The notes: generated from the sequence alone by a model not told the origin. A stretch of DNA of 64,000 nt from Pseudomonadota bacterium (GCA_043814015.1 JBDRKM010000443.1:8926-72925), one strand, 5' to 3'; shown: positions 1 to 9,495, numbered from the stretch's first letter. A program made the numbers and translations.

Positions 1-204
1 CAGCGGGCCCTCTCGGCCGCCTTCGGTGGGACCGGCCCCTACTGCGCGCCGGTGCGCCGCTCCATCATCATGGACCGCTACGTCTACGCCCTGAGCAACA
101 TGGGCTACAGCGTCGCCACCCTGGATGACCCCGGCACCGTGCTCCACACCGTGGCCTACACGGGGCTCGAGCCCTGCGAGGAGGATGACGGGTACTGGTA
201 CTGA
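1..204 (+). CDS. C-terminal end of a larger protein (5' end outside window), possibly a beta-propeller-domain secreted protein
   Basis: Frame 1 is open from the window edge to TGA 202-204 with strong GC3 bias. The tail RSIIMDRYVYALSNMGYSVATLDDPGTVLHTV resembles the last blade of Beta_propel-type proteins (recalled, not searched). Confidence 0.4.
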   Translation, partial: QRALSAAFGGTGPYCAPVRRSIIMDRYVYALSNMGYSVATLDDPGTVLHTVAYTGLEPCEEDDGYWY

Positions 205-227
205 GGCACGGAGCCGCCAACAGGGTC

Positions 228-418
228 ATGCCCCCCGATCTGCACCACGTCACGGGGTCATGCCCCTCGATATGCCCCATCTCGACCCCGTGCGGCGTCG
301 TGCAGACGCCGATGTCCGTGAAAATCGGCATTTGACTGTACGGCAGGGCGGCGGCCAGCGCCCGCATGGGGCATCTTCGAGGGCATGACCTCCGACCGTG
401 GTGCACACTCGGGGGCAT
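228..418. repeat. Symmetric array of an 18-bp motif (ATGCCCCCCGATC-type): forward copies 228-245 and 260-277, mirrored reverse copies 369-386 and 401-418
   Basis: Read directly. Forward starts are 32 bp apart and reverse ends are 32 bp apart. All pairs are symmetric about ~323. It lies in the convergent gap between the CDS ending at 204 and the CDS ending at 432. Same motif family as 52521-52690. Confidence 0.7.
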
Positions 419-431
419 GAACCCCGTGCCG

Positions 432-1880
432 CTACTCCTCCGGTCCGGCGGACGGCTGTCCGCCTCCCCCCGCCGGCTCCCAGTGCTCATACGCATCGAT
501 CAGCGCGTCCGCCAGCGAGTCCCCCACCAGGTCGAAGCCCTTGGTGGTCAGGTGCATCAGATCCGTCCAGGCGTACCTGGGGCTGTGCTCCAGCCAGCGG
601 GTGAAGCCGCCCTCGCCGCCCATGACGTGGCGGGCGTCCCAGAAGGCGCAGCCGGCCTCGGCGGCGACCTGGCGTTGCAGCTCGATCATGGCGGTGAGCG
701 CGGGCTTGCTCACCACCTGGCCGCGCGCGCGGATGGCCTGATCCAGCGGGCTCACCAGCAGGCACGAGGCCTCTGGCGCACCCTCCTGCAGGCGGCGGAG
801 CACCTTGAGGTAGGCCTCGCGGAAGTCGTCGGGGGCGTGGTTGATGCGGTCGAGCTCGTTGCCGCCGGTCTGGTAGACCAGCAGATCGGGGGCGCGCGCG
901 CGCACCTGCTCGCGGAGGTGGGCGGTGCCCTGGTGGGCCAGGCTGGAGCCGATGGAGGAGCCGGCCACGCCCAGGCACTCCCAGGTCATGCCGGGGCCGG
1001 TGGTCTCCAGGGCCACGCCGTAGACGGTGACGGGGCCGTCGCCGTGGGCCTTGAGCCACAGCCAGGGGGCGCCCTCGGGGGCCTCGAGGTCCTTGACCGC
1101 GTCCACCACACCGGCCGCCGAGGTGCGCACGCTGGCGCCGGGCACCCCCCTGGGGGCCATGCTCAGGGTGCCGCCCTCGGGCTGCAGCTGGTAGTAGACC
1201 TGGAAGCGGTGCAGGGGCTGGCGCTCATCGTCGATCTTGAGCCCGCCGAAGGAGGCGGTGCCCTCGCCGGTGATGGTGGAGACGATGCCGCCCAGCCCGT
1301 AGCGGCGCTCGGCGGCGCCGCCGAAGGTGAGGTCGTGGGAGGTCCACTCGCCCTTGGTCACGCGCATGATCCCGGGCCGCATCTGCCAGCGGGGGTCCAC
1401 GAAGACCGGGAGGTAGCCGGGTCCGCCGTCGCCGAAGCGCGCCTGGAGGCGCTCGCGCAGCCGGCCGGTGATGCCGTCGGCGGCGATGGTGGAGTCGCCC
1501 CAGTGCAGGGCGCGCACCACGCGGCCGGGCTCGCCGGCCTCGGCGGCGGCCAGGGCCGAAAACCAGTGCGCCAGGGCTTCGGGGTGCTCGACGGCCGTGG
1601 GCACGGCGGGCTCGCGCACGGGGAGGCGGGAGGCTGGGTCTTCCGGAGGCAGCGGGGCGAGCGGGGCGACGGGGGCGGTGCCGGTGGCCACCACATCCCC
1701 CCAGGCGTCCTCCTGGACCTTGCGCCGCTCGGGCAGGACCAGATGGGCCAGCGGGATGGGCTCGCCCGAGATCCAGGGGCGCAGGCTCGCGGCCTGGGGC
1801 AGCAGGTAGGTGCAGCCGGCGAGCACGGCGCAGAGGCCCAGGAAGACCCCGAAGTGACGCAGCTCCCAGCGGTGGGTCAC
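432..1880 (-). CDS. SGNH/GDSL-type hydrolase, probable partner of the adjacent MBOAT acyltransferase
   Basis: ORF track 432..1991. GDS block (HWGDSTIAADG), QTGGNE block and a C-terminal DLMH region. N-terminal hydrophobic LGLCAVLAGC. Start placed at in-frame GTG 1880 to avoid overlapping the MBOAT stop at 1900; the start is uncertain. Confidence 0.7.
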   Translation of the reverse strand: MTHRWELRHFGVFLGLCAVLAGCTYLLPQAASLRPWISGEPIPLAHLVLPERRKVQEDAWGDVVATGTAPVAPLAPLPPEDPASRLPVREPAVPTAVEHPEALAHWFSALAAAEAGEPGRVVRALHWGDSTIAADGITGRLRERLQARFGDGGPGYLPVFVDPRWQMRPGIMRVTKGEWTSHDLTFGGAAERRYGLGGIVSTITGEGTASFGGLKIDDERQPLHRFQVYYQLQPEGGTLSMAPRGVPGASVRTSAAGVVDAVKDLEAPEGAPWLWLKAHGDGPVTVYGVALETTGPGMTWECLGVAGSSIGSSLAHQGTAHLREQVRARAPDLLVYQTGGNELDRINHAPDDFREAYLKVLRRLQEGAPEASCLLVSPLDQAIRARGQVVSKPALTAMIELQRQVAAEAGCAFWDARHVMGGEGGFTRWLEHSPRYAWTDLMHLTTKGFDLVGDSLADALIDAYEHWEPAGGGGQPSAGPEE

Positions 1881-1899
1881 GGGATCCCGTGGGGACAGG

Positions 1900-3315
1900 T
1901 CAGAATTGGTAGTAGATGAAGGCAAGCTGCTCTCCCGTGCCCAGGGTGGCGCAGGCCAGGGCCACGGCGGCGAACACCAGCGCCCAACCAAAGGGACCGG
2001 CCTCGCGGAAGCGCCGCTCGGCCCAGCCCTGCCAGCTATCCGGCGAGAAGTGGATGGCGTAGCCGAGCAGGAGGATGGCCCAGGACAGCGGCGCGAAGCG
2101 GGGCATGACCAGGGTGAGATCGAACAGCCCGCGCGCGTAGTCCCAGGCGGTGGGCAGATCCTGGGCGCGGAAGAGGACGCGGGCCAGGACGATGAAGTGG
2201 AAGGTCAGGAGGAAGCGCCAGGCCCAGGCCAGGGGCGGCAGGGGGGCCTCCGGGTCGCGGCCGTGCCGCTTGCGGAAGAAGCGGTTCAGGCACATGGCCA
2301 GGCCGTGGATGGTGCCGTAGATGACGAAGTTCCAGGAAGAACCATGCCAGATGCCGAGCACGAGGAAGGTGACCAGCAGGTTCAGGTAGGTGCGGAGTGC
2401 GCCCCCCTTGGCGCCGCCCATGGGGAAGTAGATGTAGTGCCGCACCCACAGGGAGAGGGTCATGTGCCAGCGGCGCCAGAAGGCGGTGACGTTGGCGACC
2501 TTGTAGGGGCGGCGGAAGTTCTCCGGCAGGGTGATCCCGAAGAGGCGCGCCGAGCCGATGGCGATGTCGGTGTAGGCCGAGAAGTCGAAGTAGATCTGGA
2601 TGGTGTAGGCGTACAGGCCCACCAGCAGCTCCAGCCCGGTGAAGCGTGCCGGATCCGAGAACATGGGGTCCACGATGCCCACGCGCACCACGTCCGCCAG
2701 GACCAGCTTCTTGAGCACCCCGCGTCCGATGCGGAACAGGCCCGTGCCGATGTCGCCGCGGGCAAGCAGGGGGAGGGCGTGGAGCTGGGGCAGGAGCTGG
2801 TCGCGGCGCACGATGGGGCCGGCCACGAGCTGGGGGAACCAGGCGATGAAGGTGCCGAAGTGGAACAGGCTGCGCTCGGCCTTCCCGTCCCGGCCGCAGT
2901 CGATCACGTAGGCCATGGCCTGGAAGGTGAAGAAGGAGATCCCGATGGGCAGGGGCAGCTTCACCGCGGGCAGGGACAGCGGCAGGCCCAGGGCCGAGAC
3001 GGCGGCGGCCAGATCCCCCGAGAGCCAGTTCCAGTACTTGAAGATCACGAGTGGGACGAGCAAGCCGACGATCACCACCGCGCGCTGCCAGCCCCGCGGG
3101 CGGCCCTCTCTCGCCAAGGCCCCGAGCCACAGCCCGCCGGCCCAGGCGGCGAGGATGACCACGAGCAGCAGGGGCAGGTAGGCCAGCTTCCAGGAGCCAT
3201 AGAAGGCGATGGAGGCCGCGCCGAGCACCGCCAGTCGCCAGCGCGCCGGGACCGCGAAGGTCAGCAGCACGGTCAGCGGCAGGAACAGCAGGTAGTCCAG
3301 CGAGGCGAACAGCAT
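1900..3315 (-). CDS. MBOAT-family membrane O-acyltransferase (AlgI/DltB-like)
   Basis: 471-aa polytopic protein. Typical N-terminus MLFASLDYLLFLPL and a conserved His region (WRRWHMTLSLW, GIWHG). Confidence 0.9.
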   Translation of the reverse strand: MLFASLDYLLFLPLTVLLTFAVPARWRLAVLGAASIAFYGSWKLAYLPLLLVVILAAWAGGLWLGALAREGRPRGWQRAVVIVGLLVPLVIFKYWNWLSGDLAAAVSALGLPLSLPAVKLPLPIGISFFTFQAMAYVIDCGRDGKAERSLFHFGTFIAWFPQLVAGPIVRRDQLLPQLHALPLLARGDIGTGLFRIGRGVLKKLVLADVVRVGIVDPMFSDPARFTGLELLVGLYAYTIQIYFDFSAYTDIAIGSARLFGITLPENFRRPYKVANVTAFWRRWHMTLSLWVRHYIYFPMGGAKGGALRTYLNLLVTFLVLGIWHGSSWNFVIYGTIHGLAMCLNRFFRKRHGRDPEAPLPPLAWAWRFLLTFHFIVLARVLFRAQDLPTAWDYARGLFDLTLVMPRFAPLSWAILLLGYAIHFSPDSWQGWAERRFREAGPFGWALVFAAVALACATLGTGEQLAFIYYQF

Positions 3316-3641
3316 GGCCCCCCTGGTATCCGAGGAACGCCCGGCGTGGCGGCCGGATACGCGTCACGAGCGGTCCGCGCTGGTCTTCGCCAGCCCCGCG
3401 GGTGACCTTGGCCCGCCTGCTGGCCGGGCGGCACGCCGTCGCGGTGATCCGGTCCCGCCTGGCTGCCCGGCTGGCACCGCCGCCGCGGTGATCGGCGAGA
3501 CGGGCACCCTGTACCCCTGCGAGATCCTGCCCACCCGCCTCGGAGCGCTGCGACCGGTGGACCGCGGCGCCGCCCGCGCCACCTGGATCGAGCTGGACAC
3601 CGAGGACCAGCGGCGGGAGATGGGGGAGGGTGTGTAGCCGA

Positions 3642-4049
3642 TCAGAGGTCCGCGATCAGCGCGTCCACGCTCGCCTGATCCGCCCCCGGGAAGGACAGGC
3701 CCGAGAGATCCTCCGGGGTGGCCCAGAGCAAGGCGGCCACCCGCAGGGGGCGGGGCTCGCCGCCCTCGATGCGACAGCGCCAGACCCGCAGATCGATGCG
3801 GTAGGTGCTGTAGGCGTGATCCACCTGCAGCTCCATGTCCTCCACCGCCACCTCGAGGCCCAGGCGCTCCATCAGCTCGCGGGCCAGGGCCTCCTGGTCG
3901 GTCTCGCCGGGCTCGACCTTGCCGCCCGGGAACTCCCAGAGCAGGGGCAGGCGGGCGTCGGCCCGTCGCTGGGCCACGAGGAAGCGGCCGTCGCGCTCGA
4001 TGATGGCGCTGACCACGCGGATGGAGGGGAGGTCGGTGGGGTTTGGCAT
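3642..4049 (-). CDS. NUDIX hydrolase (MutT-like nucleoside triphosphate pyrophosphohydrolase)
   Basis: 135 aa. Nudix box GGKVEPGETDQEALARELMERLGL. Confidence 0.85.
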   Translation of the reverse strand: MPNPTDLPSIRVVSAIIERDGRFLVAQRRADARLPLLWEFPGGKVEPGETDQEALARELMERLGLEVAVEDMELQVDHAYSTYRIDLRVWRCRIEGGEPRPLRVAALLWATPEDLSGLSFPGADQASVDALIADL

Positions 4050-4058
4050 GGACTTCCC

Positions 4059-5246
4059 CTAACGCCAGGGCATGGGGGGAGGGGAGGCCGGCTCGGCGAA
4101 CATCGCATCGCCGAAGCGTTGCAGCCAGCCGTCCCCCTTGGCGGTGCTGTAGTCGAACAGCACGACCCCCTGGGCTCCCGCGGCGCGCGAAGCGGCCACG
4201 CAGGCCACCACCTCGTCGTAGCCCAGCTCGGCGGAGAGGCCGGCGTAGACGTGGCGCTCGGAGGCGTGGGCCACGTGATCCAGCACCAGGGTGGCGAAGT
4301 CCAGGCGCTCGCCGGGGGTGGCGGTCACGGGCCAGTAGATCATGGGCAGGGTGGCGTCGAGCGCGCCCTCGGCCAGCAGGGCGCGGCTGTCCTGGTAGTA
4401 GTCGATGTTGCCCTGGGACACGCCGCTCCAGCCCCAGGCGTTCTCGTAGATGCCCCAGACCGCGGCGGTGACGGGGACATCCACGGCGTCATGGACGGCC
4501 TGGGCGGTCGCCGTGACCTGGGTGCGCTGCCAGGCGGCCCAGGAGAGGCTCGAACCCGCGAACTGCGCTTCGCTGGTGGCGTCGTGGCTGTACTGGGGGC
4601 CAGCGTAGCGGAGGTAGTCGAGGTGGACGCCGTCCACGGCGTAGCGGCCGGCGACATCGGCCGCCACGGCGGCGATGTGGGCGCGCACGGCCGGGTTGCC
4701 GGGGGAGGCGAACACATAGGAGCTGTTCAGCTCCATGGGGCCGTCGCTGTCGGCCACCAGCCAGTCGGGGTGCGCCAGCAGGGCGTGGCGTGGGGTGGTC
4801 TCGGGCGGGGGCGTGGTGCCGGTCCAGAGGGGGAAGGTGTTGAGGTAGGCGTGCACCTGCAGGCCGTGGGCGTGGCCGCGGGAGACCGCCTCCTGGAGCG
4901 GGTCCCAGCCCGGATCGTGCCCCAGGCTGCCGAGGACCGAGGACCAGGGCTCCAGGTCCGAGGGGTAGAAGGCGTCGAAGTTGCCGCGCACCTGGAAGTA
5001 GACCGCGTTGAACCCCGCGGCCTCCAGATCGGACATGATCTGCTCGATGTCGGCGGCGCTGCCGTAGGTCCAGCGGGTGACCCAGGCGCCGCGCAGCTCG
5101 TGGTCGGCGTCGGCGTCGGTGTCCGCATCCGCGTCGCCATCGGCGTCGACGTCGGTGTCGGCGTCGCCCTCGGGCAGGTCGGGCTCGTGGCGTTGGAAGT
5201 CGGCGCCACAGGCGGCGAGCAGCAGCGGCAGGAGGCGGAGGAGCAT
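4059..5246 (-). CDS. Glycoside hydrolase-like family 10 (GHL10/DUF187) lipoprotein
   Basis: Lipobox MLLRLLPLLLAACG, an acidic D/A/T linker, then LRGAWVTRWTY...AAGFNAVYFQVRG typical of GHL10 TIM-barrel proteins. Confidence 0.75.
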   Translation of the reverse strand: MLLRLLPLLLAACGADFQRHEPDLPEGDADTDVDADGDADADTDADADHELRGAWVTRWTYGSAADIEQIMSDLEAAGFNAVYFQVRGNFDAFYPSDLEPWSSVLGSLGHDPGWDPLQEAVSRGHAHGLQVHAYLNTFPLWTGTTPPPETTPRHALLAHPDWLVADSDGPMELNSSYVFASPGNPAVRAHIAAVAADVAGRYAVDGVHLDYLRYAGPQYSHDATSEAQFAGSSLSWAAWQRTQVTATAQAVHDAVDVPVTAAVWGIYENAWGWSGVSQGNIDYYQDSRALLAEGALDATLPMIYWPVTATPGERLDFATLVLDHVAHASERHVYAGLSAELGYDEVVACVAASRAAGAQGVVLFDYSTAKGDGWLQRFGDAMFAEPASPPPMPWR

Positions 5247-5319
5247 GGTGCGGCCTGGGCTGGGGTTGACGCGATGGTACCGCCGTGGGGGGTGAAACGC
5301 CAGGGACGGTGACTCCCCG

Positions 5320-6471
5320 TCACCCCTCCCCGATGGCCGCCCGATACTGCGCCTCGAGCCTCACCATCAGCTCATCCTCGGCGAACCGCTCCACCGCGCG
5401 CGCCCGCCCGCGCGTGCCCCGGGCAGCCGCCTCGGTCGGGTCGGAGGCCTCGACCAGGGCCTGGGCCAGCGCCCCGACATCTCCCGGCGGCACGAGCCAG
5501 CCGCATGCGGGGTCGAGCCACTCCGGGATCCCACCCACCGCGCTGCCCACCACGGGCACCCCCAGGCTCAGGGCCTCCAGCCCGGCGATGCCGAAGGGCT
5601 CGGCCCACAGGGAGGGCATGACGAGGGCCTGGGCGTTGGCGGTCAGGGCGCGCATGGCCGCCCGGCCCTGCCAGGGGAGGAGGCGCGCATGGGCGGGCAG
5701 GGTGGCCGCGCAACGCGCCAGATCGGCGCGGTCTGGGCCATCGCCCACCAACAGGAGGGGGGGCGCCGCGGGCACCCGGGCGAGGGCGTCCATCAGTACG
5801 TGGAAGCCCTTGGCCGCCACCAGGCGCCCGGCGGCCAGCAGGTACGGGGGCGCGGCAGGGGAAGGCGCGGGCGCCTCGGGCCACCAGGGGAAGGGCGGGA
5901 TCACGGCGATGCGCGCCGGCTCCAGACCAGCAGACGCCAGCTCGCCCGCCATGTACGCGGAGAGCACGATCACCCGGCGGTAGCGCCGAAGTGCCGCGGC
6001 CCGCCGCCGGGTGAGATCGAGGATCATGGCGGCGTAGGCCAGGTCGTCGAAGCAGCCCGCGCAGGCTTCGGGGTCGGGCTGCCGAGGGCACGGCCTCCCT
6101 TCGGGCAGCAGGCGCCCGCGCCCCGGGCAGAAGCAGCGGTGATCCTGCACGGTGGCCACCACCGGCGCCAGCGCGACCGCCGCCGCCATCACCGCTGGCT
6201 GCAGGGCGTTGTGCAGGTGCACCACCTCGGGCCGCAGGCGCTCGGCGAGGGCCGCCAGGCCCACCGCGGCCCGCGGCGCCTCCCGTTCCCGCCCGCCGAG
6301 GCCGCGCACACAGTGCAGGCGCACCCCGGGCGGGCGTGGCGCGTCCGTCTCGATCCGCCCCACGCAGACGTCCACGAGGCCGTGGCGGGCCTGGTGGGCG
6401 GCCACGCCGAGCAGGTGGAGGTCGGCGCCGCCGCGCTGCGACCAGCGATCGTGGACGTGAAGGATCCGCAA
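5320..6471 (-). CDS. Glycosyltransferase family 4 (GT-B, GT1-type)
   Basis: ORF track 5320..6732. Start set at in-frame TTG 6471 giving (M)RILHVHDRW. C-terminal EPFGIAGLEALSLGVPVV motif. The longer ORF would overlap the divergent gene at 6539. Confidence 0.8.
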   Translation of the reverse strand: MRILHVHDRWSQRGGADLHLLGVAAHQARHGLVDVCVGRIETDAPRPPGVRLHCVRGLGGREREAPRAAVGLAALAERLRPEVVHLHNALQPAVMAAAVALAPVVATVQDHRCFCPGRGRLLPEGRPCPRQPDPEACAGCFDDLAYAAMILDLTRRRAAALRRYRRVIVLSAYMAGELASAGLEPARIAVIPPFPWWPEAPAPSPAAPPYLLAAGRLVAAKGFHVLMDALARVPAAPPLLLVGDGPDRADLARCAATLPAHARLLPWQGRAAMRALTANAQALVMPSLWAEPFGIAGLEALSLGVPVVGSAVGGIPEWLDPACGWLVPPGDVGALAQALVEASDPTEAAARGTRGRARAVERFAEDELMVRLEAQYRAAIGEG

Positions 6472-6538
6472 GGGAGGTTGGCCTGGAGAGAGGCTTGGTC
6501 CATAATCGGGCGCAGCCTCCCGCTCCCGTGAGGACCCC

Positions 6539-8215
6539 GTGCAGCCGAACGCGCCCATCACCTCCAGCGCCACGGACGACCGCGACTTCGATCGCGTCGC
6601 CTCCTTCTTCGCGGGGCTGGACAAGGTCATCCGCGCCGCGCGCCTGTACCAGGGCGAGGGCGCGCTGCTGGGGCGTTTGATGGAGGATCTGGAGCGCCGT
6701 GGCCTCGACCTGGTCAGCGATGGCGCGGTCACCGTGCGCGTGGCCTCCTTCGGCGTGGTCTACCAGGGGCACCCGGTCGCGCCCGACGACAAGCGCATCC
6801 CCTACCTGTTCCGCCTGTTCTGCGACGGCGTGCGCGAGCTGACCCTGCTGCCCGGGTTCGATCGCGACGAGATGAAGGCCCTGGTGGAGGTGCTGGCCAC
6901 CGATCTGCGGGGGGCGGACGACGACCTGGTCACCCTGCTGTGGCGCCAGCAGTTCAAGAGCATCCGCTACTACGCCGCCGACACCTTCGCGGCGGGCCTC
7001 GAGGTGGGCATGGACGGCGATCTGACGCTCGCCTCCAGTCAGGGCCCGGGGCAGCTCGCCAGCGAGGCCGACGGCCAGGAGATCGCGCTCTCGCCGGATG
7101 ACATCCGCCTGCTGGCCGGGGAAGGCCACCTCGAGTGGATCCAGGAGGTGAGCGCTCCGCGCGAGGCCAGCGGCAAGGTCGCCCAGGTGGCCGAGCGCAT
7201 CCGGGCCTCCTTCCAGCGCCCCGACGACATCGAGCGGTTCGTCTCCCTCGGCCTGGAGCACGCCCATCGCACGGAGACCGGCACCGAGCCCAGCGCCCTG
7301 GTGGTGGGAATGCTCGACGATCTGGCCGCCCAGGGGCGCGGCGCCACCCTCGCCAGCGCCTTCGCCGTCCTGTTGCAGGCCGAGGGGGCCACGCGCGAGG
7401 CCGCCGACGCCGTGTTCGGGGCGCTGTGCTCCCCCGCGCGCCTCACCCGCCTCGCCGGGGTGATGGGGCGCGATCCGGAACCCTTTCTCACCTCCATCGA
7501 GCCGCTGGTCGGCCGCCTCGGCGCAGCCCTCGTGCCATTGCTCAAGGACCTCCCCGCCGGCCCGGTGCAGGAGAAGCTCCACACCTCGCTCTCCGCGGCC
7601 GGCCACGACCTCACGCTGTTCTACGCCGAGCAGCTCGATTCTCCAGAAGAGGCCGTGGTCATCCACGCCATCGACGCGCTGGGCCAGGTGGGCACGGCCG
7701 ACGCCATGCTGGCGGTCTCCAGGGTGCTGAGCGTCAACAGCATCGAGCTGCGCCGGGCCGCCCTGCGGGCCTTCAAAGGGCACTACCATCCCGAGGCCCG
7801 CATCGCGGTGGCGCGGGCTTTGCGGGATCCCGACCGCCAGAACCGGCTGCTGGCCCTGGAGGTCATCGCCGGCGCCGCTGACAACCGCATGACCTGGGGT
7901 CTGCTGGCCGCCGTGAAGGAGCCGCGCTTCACCGAGAAGGACGAGGAGGAGCAGGCCGCCCACTACCGGGCCCTGGCGAGCTTCCTGGACGACCGCAGCA
8001 TCGAGCACTTCAAGGAGATCCTCTCGCGCAAGAACCTCACCCGCGCCAAGGGCGTCGTCACCGCGCAGCTGCTCGCGGTGGGCGCGCTCGCCGACGTGGG
8101 CTCGCCGAAGGCGGTCGAGACCCTGCAGGGCTTCAAGGGGGCTTTCTACCACCCGGCAGCGGTCAAGCAGGCCATCGAGCGGGCCCTGTCCAGCCGCCGC
8201 GGGGGTGCCTCGTGA
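6539..8215 (+). CDS. HEAT-repeat protein
   Basis: 558 aa. The C-terminal half contains repeated HEAT/PBS-lyase-like units (VVIHAIDALGQVGTADA, LRRAALRAFKG, RIAVARALRDPD, RLLALEVIAG). GTGA overlap with the next gene. Confidence 0.6.
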   Translation: MQPNAPITSSATDDRDFDRVASFFAGLDKVIRAARLYQGEGALLGRLMEDLERRGLDLVSDGAVTVRVASFGVVYQGHPVAPDDKRIPYLFRLFCDGVRELTLLPGFDRDEMKALVEVLATDLRGADDDLVTLLWRQQFKSIRYYAADTFAAGLEVGMDGDLTLASSQGPGQLASEADGQEIALSPDDIRLLAGEGHLEWIQEVSAPREASGKVAQVAERIRASFQRPDDIERFVSLGLEHAHRTETGTEPSALVVGMLDDLAAQGRGATLASAFAVLLQAEGATREAADAVFGALCSPARLTRLAGVMGRDPEPFLTSIEPLVGRLGAALVPLLKDLPAGPVQEKLHTSLSAAGHDLTLFYAEQLDSPEEAVVIHAIDALGQVGTADAMLAVSRVLSVNSIELRRAALRAFKGHYHPEARIAVARALRDPDRQNRLLALEVIAGAADNRMTWGLLAAVKEPRFTEKDEEEQAAHYRALASFLDDRSIEHFKEILSRKNLTRAKGVVTAQLLAVGALADVGSPKAVETLQGFKGAFYHPAAVKQAIERALSSRRGGAS

Positions 8216-9495
8216 GCGAGGGCGCCGACAGCCTGCAGGCCCTCGGGCGCGATGTGATCGTGCACCTGCACGGCCTGTCCCGCTCCGTGGCCCTGTACGA
8301 GACCAACAACAACGCCGTGCAGCGCGTGCTGGACGCCCTGATGGCCACGGTCGAGCCCTGCCTGCGGGAGTCCTCCAGCCCGCTGTCGGTGCGGCTGCTG
8401 GCCGAAGAATTCTTCGTCAACGGGCGCCTGCTCAAGGTGGACGCCCAGATCTACGATCGCGCCACCGACCTCGCCCGCACCCTCAACAAGTTCAAGGTGG
8501 GCGAGGTGCGCATGGAGCCGGGACTGACCCGCGCCCAGCTCGACACCTTCGCGACGGATCTGGCCGCCAGCGTGCGCGCGGGCGAGTCGCGTCTGAACCC
8601 CGATGGCTATGGATCCCTGTTCGTGGCGCGCTCGGAGGGGCGCTCCGTGGCCTCCTTCCGCTTCCAGCCCCACCGCCTGGCCAAGGTGCTGTACGGCTCG
8701 GAGCTCGATCTGGTGGAGAAGCTCTACGCGGCTGTGGCCGCCGGGGAACGCGCCCCCTCGTTGCTGGCCCTCAAGCGCACCCTGCAGCTGTTGATCGACG
8801 CCATGGCCGATCACGGCCCCATGTTCCAGGTGCTGGCCGCGGTCCACGATCCCACCCGCCCGGTCTCCCTGGCGCGCCGCCGGGTGGCCGCGGCCGTGGA
8901 CGCCGTGGGCTTCGGCTACTACCTCGGCCTGCCCAAGGCCGATCTGATGTACCTGGCGCTCGGTGCCATCCTCGGCGGCCTCTCCGAGAGCCTGGACCCC
9001 GAGGAGGCCATCGATCCGTTGTTCCGCTTCCCGGGCCTGGGCGACTCCGCCATGCCCCTGATCCTGGCGGTGCGCGACGCCCGCGCCGTGCGCATCGGGT
9101 ACGCCGCGGGTGTGCCGGGCCAGATGCTGGCGGTGGTGGAGCTCTACACCGAGCTGGTGACGGCCAACGAGGTGCGCCCGGCCATCTCGCCGCATCAGGC
9201 CCTGAGCATGATGGTGGGCGGACAGGTCCCGGGCGTGGATCGCGGCGCGGCGCGGGTCTTCGCCGACTACAAGGGCCCCTGGCCCCTGGGCTCTGCGGTG
9301 ACCCTGAACACCGGCCAGCTGGCCCTGGTGGTGGCCCAGCCGGCCACGGCCGAGGGCAAGCAGCGGCCGCGGGTCGCGCTGCTGGGGCGCGATGGCACCC
9401 TCGGGCGGCGCGTCGATCTGTCCGAGGTGGGCGACATCGCCATCTCCGGGGCTCCCGCCCCCGCCGAGATCGCGCTGAACCTGGCCGAGACCTGA
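8212..9495 (+). CDS. Hypothetical protein, HD-GYP-like fold with apparently degenerate catalytic motifs
   Basis: 427 aa with good GC3. The layout recalls HD-GYP proteins, but the HD..GK position reads LGAILGGLSE. Functional call is weak. Confidence 0.5.
   Translation: MSEGADSLQALGRDVIVHLHGLSRSVALYETNNNAVQRVLDALMATVEPCLRESSSPLSVRLLAEEFFVNGRLLKVDAQIYDRATDLARTLNKFKVGEVRMEPGLTRAQLDTFATDLAASVRAGESRLNPDGYGSLFVARSEGRSVASFRFQPHRLAKVLYGSELDLVEKLYAAVAAGERAPSLLALKRTLQLLIDAMADHGPMFQVLAAVHDPTRPVSLARRRVAAAVDAVGFGYYLGLPKADLMYLALGAILGGLSESLDPEEAIDPLFRFPGLGDSAMPLILAVRDARAVRIGYAAGVPGQMLAVVELYTELVTANEVRPAISPHQALSMMVGGQVPGVDRGAARVFADYKGPWPLGSAVTLNTGQLALVVAQPATAEGKQRPRVALLGRDGTLGRRVDLSEVGDIAISGAPAPAEIALNLAET

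Noticed and set aside
366-1919. 517-aa ORF on the + strand opposite the SGNH hydrolase gene
   Set aside because: This is a shadow ORF typical of high-GC DNA: Gly/Ala/Arg/Pro-rich, low complexity and without motifs. The opposite strand encodes a recognisable SGNH protein.
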